A DNA stretch of 64,000 nucleotides from Gemmatimonadota bacterium. Lineage in GTDB: Bacteria > Gemmatimonadota > Gemmatimonadetes > Gemmatimonadales > GWC2-71-9. The stretch spans positions 2,395 through 66,394 of the forward strand of contig JBGQIW010000003.1 in NCBI GenBank assembly GCA_041498715.1, given 5' to 3'. The position numbers and the translations under genes were made by a program. The notes beneath the pieces are model-generated. The model did not search any database and had not been told where the DNA came from. It saw only the letters and a program-made list of their open reading frames with translations. Positions 57,696 to 64,000 of this stretch are shown one piece after another (position 1 is the stretch's first letter; every line of letters begins with the position of its first letter).

Positions 57696-59018
57696 ATGCG
57701 CCCGGCCGCGCTCTGTCCCGTCGCCCTCGCGCTCGCCGCGCTCGTCGCGTCCATTCTGGCGGCCGAGGCGCAGGGACCGCCCACGGCGACCGGCAGAAGG
57801 ACACTGGTCCACGCCGGGCGGCTCATCGATGGCCTCGCGGACGCCCCCCGAGCCGATCAGGGTATTCTGATCGAGGACGACCGCATCGTCGCGGTAGGCC
57901 CGTACGCCGACGTGGCAGCCGAGGCGACCGGGGCGGACCAGATCGACCTCTCCGGCATGACGGTGCTGCCCGGGCTGATCGACAATCATACGCACGTGCT
58001 GCTTCAGGGCGACATCACCGCAGCGGACTACGACGAGCAGCTGCTCAAGGAGTCGATTCCGTATCGCGCGATCCGGGCGACGGTCTCCGCCCGGACCGCG
58101 CTCATGAACGGCTTCACCACCATCCGGGACCTGGAGACCGAGGGCGCGATGTACGCCGACGTGGACCTCAAGACGGCCATTGCCCGCGGCGTGGTCCCCG
58201 GCCCCCGCATGTTCGTGGCGACCCGCGCTTTCAGCGCCACGGGGATGTATCCGCTGCTCGGCTACTCCTGGGAGCTCAAGATGCCGGAGGGCGTCCAGAT
58301 CGTGGACGGGCCGGACGAGATCAGGAAGGCGGTGCGGGAGCAGGTCAAATACGGCGCCGACTGGATCAAGGTGTACGCCGACCGTCGCTATTACATCGCG
58401 AAGGACGGCCGGCTCCGGAGCTGGGTGAACTTCACCGACGAGGAGTTCAAGGCGTTCACTGACGAGGCCCACCGGCTCGGCCGGAAGGTGGCCGCGCATG
58501 CGTTGGGGTGGGACGGCATCGACGCCGCGCTCCGGGCCGGCGTCAACACGATCGAGCACGGCGACGGCCTCACGCCCGACTTGATCGATCGTATGGTGAA
58601 GCAGCGCGTCTTCTGGTGTCCCACGATCTACGTGGGCGTCTACGTCTCGGAAGGACGCGGCGGGGCCTGGCCGAGGATGGCGGAGCTGGAGCGAGCGGCG
58701 TTCGGCGAGGCGGTCAAGCGGGGGATGCTGCCGCTCATCTCGTTCGGCACCGACGCAGGGGGATTCGCCTGGACCGAGAACGAGGCCAAGGAGCTGACGT
58801 ACATGGTGCGCTACGGCATGACCCCGATGCAGGCCCTCAAGGCCGCGACCAGCACGGCGGCGCGGCTGCTGGACCAGGAAGACGCCCTCGGCGCCGTCGC
58901 TCCGGGTCGGTACGCAGACCTGGTGGCGGTCGCCGGCGACCCGCTGAGCGACATCGAGGAGATGCAGCGGGTCCGCTTCGTGATGAAGGCCGGCGTCGTG
59001 GTCAAGGCTCCTGCATGA
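57696..59018 (+). CDS. Secreted amidohydrolase (metal-dependent hydrolase A/prolidase-like)
   Basis: PGLIDNHTH, GFTTIRD, AAHA, IEHG and GTD motifs; signal peptide. Confidence 0.9.
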   Translation: MRPAALCPVALALAALVASILAAEAQGPPTATGRRTLVHAGRLIDGLADAPRADQGILIEDDRIVAVGPYADVAAEATGADQIDLSGMTVLPGLIDNHTHVLLQGDITAADYDEQLLKESIPYRAIRATVSARTALMNGFTTIRDLETEGAMYADVDLKTAIARGVVPGPRMFVATRAFSATGMYPLLGYSWELKMPEGVQIVDGPDEIRKAVREQVKYGADWIKVYADRRYYIAKDGRLRSWVNFTDEEFKAFTDEAHRLGRKVAAHALGWDGIDAALRAGVNTIEHGDGLTPDLIDRMVKQRVFWCPTIYVGVYVSEGRGGAWPRMAELERAAFGEAVKRGMLPLISFGTDAGGFAWTENEAKELTYMVRYGMTPMQALKAATSTAARLLDQEDALGAVAPGRYADLVAVAGDPLSDIEEMQRVRFVMKAGVVVKAPA

Positions 59019-60627
59019 ACGGGTAGCGCCAGTCGGTGGCCGGAGCGAACGTCTCCTTGATCGTCCGGGGCGACACCCACCGAAGCAGATTCAGGATCGA
59101 GCCCGCCTTGTCGTTGGTGCCGCTCGCCCGGGCGCCGCCGAACGGCTGCTGCCCCACGACCGCCCCCGTCGGCTTGTCGTTGACGTAGAAGTTCCCTGCC
59201 GCGTTCCGGAGCGCGTGATCCGCCTCGACGACCGCCGCGCGGTCGCGGGCAAAGACGGCCCCGGTGAGCGCGTAAGGGCTGGTGCGGTCGACCAGTTCGA
59301 GCGTTTCGGTCCAGCGGGCTTCCGGATAGACGTACACCGTCAGCACCGGTCCGAAAATCTCCTCGCACATGAGCCGATAGCCCGGGTCCGCCACTTGAAG
59401 CAGCGTGGGCTCGACGAACCAGCCGACCGAGCCGTCGGCGCCGCCACCTGCGACCACAGTCACGCCCGGATCCCGCTTGGCCCGCTCGAGATGGCCGCTG
59501 ATCCGCTCGAAGGCACGCCGGTCGATGACCGCGCCCATGAAGTTCCGGAAGTCGGCGACGTCGCCCATGCGGATCTCGCCGATCATGGCCCCGACCCGGT
59601 CGCGCACGGCAAGCCAGAGGTTGTCGGGCACATACGCCCGGGACGCCGCACTGCACTTCTGGCCCTGGTATTCGTAGGCGCCCCGGACCAGCGCCACGGC
59701 GAGCGCATCCACGTCCGCGCTCGCGTGCGCGAGGACGAAATCCTTGCCGCCGGTCTCTCCCACGATCCGGGGGTAGCTGGCGTAGCGCTCGAGGCTCTGC
59801 GCCACCCGCTGCTGCAGCAGCCGAAAGACGGCGGTGGAGCCGGTGAAGTGGATGCCGGCGAGCATCCGGTGGCCAAGGAGCACGTCGCTGACCGCGGCCG
59901 GATCGCCGGGGACGAAGTTGATGACGCCCGGCGGAAGCCCGGCCTCCTCCAGCAGGCGGAAGAAGTGCCAGTTGCTCAGGGCGGCGGTGGCTGCAGGCTT
60001 CCAGACGACCACGTTGCCCAGCAGCGCGGGGGCCGTGGGAAGGTTGCCGCCGATCGCCGTGAAGTTGAACGGCGTGATGGCGTAGACGAAGCCCTCGAGC
60101 GGGCGGTGATCCAGCCGGTTCCACGCGCCCGGTGCCGACTCCGGCTGTTCCCGGTACAACCGCTCGGCAAAATGGACGTTGAACCGGAGGAAATCGATCA
60201 GCTCGCACGCGCTGTCGATCTCCGCCTGGTGGGCCGTCTTGCTCTGCCCGAGCATGGTCGCGGCGTTGAGGAGCGGGCGGTAGCGTGCGGCCAGGAGGTC
60301 GGCGGCCTTGAGGAAGACGGCGGCGCGATCCTCGAACGGCCAGTGCGCCCACTCGCGCTGGGCGCCCAGCGCCGCGTCCACCGCGCGGGTGACCAGCTCC
60401 GGCGTGGCCTGATGCAGGTCGGCCAGTACCCGGGCGTGACAGTGCGGGGCGGTCACCGGCTCGGTGCGGCCGCGGACTGCCTCGCCGCCGATCACGACCG
60501 GGATGTCCGCCCGCTCGCCCCCGACGGCGCCCAGGGCCGCCTTGAGCGCGGCCCGCTCGGCGGTGCCGGGCGCATAGGAAAGAACCGGCTCGTTCCGGGG
60601 CACCGGGATGTTCGAGGCGCTGCTCAT
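59002..60627 (-). CDS. pruA: L-glutamate gamma-semialdehyde (P5C) dehydrogenase
   Basis: PFNFTAI, GETGGKDF, EYQGQKCSA, EEIFGP and SGTNDKAG motifs. Confidence 0.95.
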   Translation of the reverse strand: MSSASNIPVPRNEPVLSYAPGTAERAALKAALGAVGGERADIPVVIGGEAVRGRTEPVTAPHCHARVLADLHQATPELVTRAVDAALGAQREWAHWPFEDRAAVFLKAADLLAARYRPLLNAATMLGQSKTAHQAEIDSACELIDFLRFNVHFAERLYREQPESAPGAWNRLDHRPLEGFVYAITPFNFTAIGGNLPTAPALLGNVVVWKPAATAALSNWHFFRLLEEAGLPPGVINFVPGDPAAVSDVLLGHRMLAGIHFTGSTAVFRLLQQRVAQSLERYASYPRIVGETGGKDFVLAHASADVDALAVALVRGAYEYQGQKCSAASRAYVPDNLWLAVRDRVGAMIGEIRMGDVADFRNFMGAVIDRRAFERISGHLERAKRDPGVTVVAGGGADGSVGWFVEPTLLQVADPGYRLMCEEIFGPVLTVYVYPEARWTETLELVDRTSPYALTGAVFARDRAAVVEADHALRNAAGNFYVNDKPTGAVVGQQPFGGARASGTNDKAGSILNLLRWVSPRTIKETFAPATDWRYPFMQEP

Positions 60628-60727
60628 CAGCCAAAGACCCTGGGTCGTAGGGAGTAGAAAAATATACCGGCCGGTAGCGGACCGACGCCCGTGTATCTTT
60701 GACGCTGACCCCCGACCCGACCTTCCA

Positions 60728-61153
60728 ATGGCATCCAGACCCCCTCCGCGGCTCGCGCACGCCTTGACCGGCCGGGTGAAGGGCTGGCTCACCCTCGACG
60801 GCGAGTTCCTGCTGGGACCCCGCTACGTGCAGCTGCTCGAGGGAATCGAGCGGACCGGCACGATCCGGGAGGGCTGTCAGGCAACCCGCATGAGCTATCG
60901 GACCTGCCTCAGCCGCATCCGCCGGATGGAGGCCGCGCTCGGCGCGCCTCTGGTGCTGACCCACCGCGGGGGAACGACCCGCGGCTCGGCCTCCCTGACA
61001 CCACTCGCCCGGCGGCTCATCCGGATCTACCGCCAGTGGCGCGACGCCCTGGAGCAGGCGAGCACTCGCGCGTTCGCGCAGGTGCTGGCGGGCCGGGCGG
61101 CGCGGGGAGGAGCCAGGCCCGCCCGGGCTCGGCGGACCGCGGCCCGGGGCTAG
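60728..61153 (+). CDS. ModE-like winged-helix regulator (N-terminal domain only)
   Basis: LGP....LL..I..TG.I......MSYR and RGG...G.A.LT motifs. Confidence 0.85.
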   Translation: MASRPPPRLAHALTGRVKGWLTLDGEFLLGPRYVQLLEGIERTGTIREGCQATRMSYRTCLSRIRRMEAALGAPLVLTHRGGTTRGSASLTPLARRLIRIYRQWRDALEQASTRAFAQVLAGRAARGGARPARARRTAARG

Positions 61154-61200
61154 GGGCGCGACATCCGGCGGCGTACTGCCGCCGTCCGATGTGAAGCCGG

Positions 61201-61229
61201 TTGCCTATCGATTCATCGCGGGATAAGCT
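61201..61229 (+). promoter_or_regulatory. Sigma-70 promoter, probably leaderless, for tupA
   Basis: TTGCCT-N17-TAAGCT, 6 nt before ATG 61236; no Shine-Dalgarno. Confidence 0.6.
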
Positions 61230-61235
61230 TGCCGC

Positions 61236-62087
61236 ATGACCACCCTCCGCCGCGCCACACCGGCTGGCCTCTGGTTCCTGCTCCTGGCTGGTGCCGCGGG
61301 CGCCCAGACGCGCCGGGACCTGATCCTCGCCACGACGACCAGCACCCAGGACACCGGCCTGCTGGACTCGCTCGTCCCGCGATTCGAGCAGACCTGCCGG
61401 TGCCGCGTGAAGACCATCGCCGTGGGCACCGGCCGGGCGCTCGCCCTGGCGGCGCGAGGGGAGGCTGATGTGGCGCTGGTACACGCGCCGACGCTGGAAG
61501 AGCGCTACATCGCCCAGGGCAAGTTCTTGGGCCGCCGCCTGGTCATGACGAACGACTTCGTGGTGCTCGGTCCGGAGGCCGACCCGGCGCGGCTCCGGGG
61601 CGCCAAGCAGGTGGACGATGCGTTCCGGGCACTGGCCCAGGGGAAGGCGCCGTTTGCCTCCCGCGCCGATAGCTCGGGCACCCACCTGCTCGAGCTCGAC
61701 CTTTGGCGCCAGGCCGGCGTCGAGCCGAAAGGCCCGTGGTACCTCGAGGTCGGCCAGGGCATGGGCGCCACGCTCCGGATCGCGTCGCAGAAGGGTGCCT
61801 ACACGCTGAGCGACCGGGGCACCTATCTCGCGCAGCGGGCGACCCTCGACCTGGCCGTCCTGTTCGAGGGGGCGCCGCAGCTTCTCAACATCTACCACGT
61901 CATGCTGCCGAACCCCGACAGCTTCCCCCAGGTGAACGTGCCGGGCGGCCGGGCGTTCGCCGACTTTCTGGTGTCGCCGGAGACGCAGGAGTTCATCGCC
62001 CGGTTCGGCACCGCGCGCTTCGGGCAGCCGCTCTTCACGCCGGCAGCGAACCGGCGCGAGGAAGACCTCGGCCGCCGGGCGGCCTGA
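61236..62087 (+). CDS. tupA: Tungstate ABC transporter substrate-binding protein
   Basis: TTTS signature; AVGTG, VHAP, SR.D.SGTH and GQGMG motifs. Confidence 0.92.
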   Translation: MTTLRRATPAGLWFLLLAGAAGAQTRRDLILATTTSTQDTGLLDSLVPRFEQTCRCRVKTIAVGTGRALALAARGEADVALVHAPTLEERYIAQGKFLGRRLVMTNDFVVLGPEADPARLRGAKQVDDAFRALAQGKAPFASRADSSGTHLLELDLWRQAGVEPKGPWYLEVGQGMGATLRIASQKGAYTLSDRGTYLAQRATLDLAVLFEGAPQLLNIYHVMLPNPDSFPQVNVPGGRAFADFLVSPETQEFIARFGTARFGQPLFTPAANRREEDLGRRAA

Positions 62088-62099
62088 GCCGGGGGCTGC

Positions 62100-62801
62100 A
62101 TGGACCTGATCCTCCGCGGCGTCCGGCACGCCTTCGAGCTGCTCCTCCGAGGCGATCCCCAGGTGATGGAGATCATGTGGCTCTCGCTCCGGGTGTCGGG
62201 GCTGGCCACCGCCCTCAGCCTGGTCGTGGGCGTTCCCCTTGGCGTGCTGCTCGGGCTGCGCCGCTTCCCCGGCCGGACGCTGGTCCTCACGGTGATCAAC
62301 TCGGGGATGGGGTTGCCGCCGGTGGTCGTGGGGCTGGTCGCCTCGATCCTGCTCTGGCGTACCGGCCCGCTCGGCTTTCTCGATCTGCTCTACACGCCAT
62401 CGGCCATCGTCCTCGCCCAGTTCGTGCTCGCCGCGCCGGTGGTCGCCGGCCTCACTGCCGCCGCGATCCAGCAGCTCGACCCCCGGCTCCAGGTGCAGCT
62501 CGCGGGGCTGGGCGCGTCCCGGCTGCAGACCCTGCGCGCGCTGCTGCACGAGGCGCGGCTGCCGCTCCTTGCTGCGGTGATCGCCGGCTTCGGCGCAGTC
62601 ATCTCCGAAGTGGGCGCCTCGATGATGGTCGGTGGGAACATCCTGCATTACACCCGGGTGCTCACGACCGCCACCGTGCTCGAGACCGAGAAGGGAAACT
62701 TCGACGTGGCCATCGCCCTGAGCGTGGTCCTGCTCGCGGTCACGTTCTGTGTCACCATGGTCATCACTGCGGCGCAGCAGCACGGCACGGAGCGGCGGTG
62801 A
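62100..62801 (+). CDS. tupB: Tungstate ABC transporter permease
   Basis: GLPPVVVGL and ISEVGA.MMVGGNI...TRVLTTA motifs. Confidence 0.92.
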   Translation: MDLILRGVRHAFELLLRGDPQVMEIMWLSLRVSGLATALSLVVGVPLGVLLGLRRFPGRTLVLTVINSGMGLPPVVVGLVASILLWRTGPLGFLDLLYTPSAIVLAQFVLAAPVVAGLTAAAIQQLDPRLQVQLAGLGASRLQTLRALLHEARLPLLAAVIAGFGAVISEVGASMMVGGNILHYTRVLTTATVLETEKGNFDVAIALSVVLLAVTFCVTMVITAAQQHGTERR

Positions 62802-63763
62802 TCGGCCTCCTCGGCGTGCGCGATCTCTCGGTGGTCCGGGGCGGGAGCCGGGTTCTCTCGGTGCCGAGGCTCGATCTCCACGAGGGCGCCCACGTGGCGG
62901 TCGTGGGGCCGAACGGCGCGGGGAAGTCCACGCTGCTGCGGGTCCTCGCCTTGCTCGAGCGACCGACGGCGGGGACCGTCCTCCTGCGGGGCGCGCCGGT
63001 GCCGGCCCGCGTCCGGCAAGCGCTGGCGCTCCGGCGGCGGTTCGCGGTCGTGCTGCAGCACACCCCGCTCTGCGACACGACGGTCTACCGCAACGTGGCG
63101 CTCGGGCTCCGGTTCCGTGGAATCACTGGTCGGGATGCCGATCCGCGCATCCGGCTCTGGCTGCACCGCTTCGGCATCGGTCACCTGGCCGACCGGCACG
63201 TGCGCTCCCTCTCGGGCGGGGAGGCGCAGCGCACGGGCTTGGCGCGCGCGTTCGTGCTCGACCCCGAGGTGCTCTTCCTGGACGAGCCGTTCGCCGCGCT
63301 CGACGCGCCCAGCCGGGACGCGCTGCTCAACGACCTCGAGCTGATTCTGCGCGAGGCCCGCACCACGGTCGTCACCATCACGCACGACCCGGAGGAAGCG
63401 GCGCGCCTGGCCGATGCCCTCGTCGTGATCGTCGGCGGGACCGTGCGCGCGGCCGGACCCAAGGATGAAGTGCTGCAGCATCCCCCGAACCGCGAGACCG
63501 CAGAATTGTTCGGGTTCACGGTACTTCCGGTCAACGGGCATTCCGTCGCGGTGCCGCCGGGCGCGCTCGGCCTGGGCGACGGGGTGCTGCCCTTCATGCT
63601 CTCGGTCGATCGGGTGCTGGATTTCGGCTACGAGCGGCGGATCCTGGGGCGAGTGGGGGACGTGCCGGTCGAGGTGCGCCTGCCGACCGAGTGTCCTCCG
63701 CCGGCGGTCGCCAGCCGCATCCGCATCTCCGCGACCCGGGCCGTGCCCATCTCGTCGGACTGA
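62798..63763 (+). CDS. tupC: Tungstate ABC transporter ATP-binding protein
   Basis: GPNGAGKS, LSGGEAQR and LDEPF motifs; GTGA overlap. Confidence 0.87.
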   Translation: MIGLLGVRDLSVVRGGSRVLSVPRLDLHEGAHVAVVGPNGAGKSTLLRVLALLERPTAGTVLLRGAPVPARVRQALALRRRFAVVLQHTPLCDTTVYRNVALGLRFRGITGRDADPRIRLWLHRFGIGHLADRHVRSLSGGEAQRTGLARAFVLDPEVLFLDEPFAALDAPSRDALLNDLELILREARTTVVTITHDPEEAARLADALVVIVGGTVRAAGPKDEVLQHPPNRETAELFGFTVLPVNGHSVAVPPGALGLGDGVLPFMLSVDRVLDFGYERRILGRVGDVPVEVRLPTECPPPAVASRIRISATRAVPISSD

Positions 63764-63766
63764 CGT

Positions 63767-64000
63767 TCAGCGATAGGGGACGAGGCCCGTGGCCTTGAAG
63801 GCCGCGTGCACCTCGAGACCCTCCCGAAGCCCGAGGCTCTCGACCGCGTGGCGAGTCACCTCGGCCACGAGCGGTGGCGTGCTGTCGAGCGCCACGCGGA
63901 CCCGCTCACCGAACGGCGGCTCTGCGACCAGCTCGACGATACGACCGGGAAAGACGTTCTGGGCGCTGCCGGCCGGCGGAACCAGATGCAGCGTCACCTC
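63767..64000 (-). CDS. C-terminal TOBE domain of a ModC-like molybdate ABC ATPase (partial)
   Basis: GSAQNVFPG.I and LVAEVT..AV..LGL..G..V.A.FKAT motifs. Confidence 0.75.
   Translation of the reverse strand, partial: EVTLHLVPPAGSAQNVFPGRIVELVAEPPFGERVRVALDSTPPLVAEVTRHAVESLGLREGLEVHAAFKATGLVPYR

Noticed and set aside
61154..61235. Moco/Wco riboswitch or classical ModE box before tupA
   Set aside because: The region is short, the promoter appears leaderless, and it does not match the TATAT-rich ModE consensus.

Overview
GC-rich bacterial chromosomal segment. Gene content and style suggest a Gemmatimonadota-like organism (inference only). In order: a PaoABC/YagTSR-type Mo-oxidoreductase; comEA-pilB-pilT-pilC; an M28 lipoprotein; lptFG; nadBAC; an APC permease; heme O synthase; an MsbA-like exporter; M24 peptidase and V4R genes; an ECF sigma/ZAS anti-sigma pair heading a DUF92-FAD oxidoreductase-flavin reductase-methyltransferase-START cyclase-ketosynthase cluster; ccmABCD with receiver and STAS genes; acs; kup; dsbA; an OsmC/CDP-alcohol transferase/M16/ABC/TPR block; TetR-TolC-EmrAB; a sigma-54 two-component system directly upstream of pqqABCDE plus ABC genes; an amidohydrolase; P5C dehydrogenase; a ModE-like regulator with tupABC; and the end of a modC-like gene. 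Items absent from the ORF track but readable in the sequence: pqqA (51845-51919), ccmD (28218-28328), a GEMM-I riboswitch with the A20 substitution associated with 3',3'-cGAMP sensing (31259-31360, minus), three sigma-54 promoter motifs, several probable leaderless promoters and two inverted heptamer arrays. The best candidates for undescribed biology are the cGAMP-type riboswitch/STAS/REC/ccm module, the CLF-less ketosynthase + START cyclase cluster, and sigma-54 control of PQQ synthesis. No tRNA, rRNA, CRISPR or mobile element was seen. All calls come from motif reading; no database search was run.
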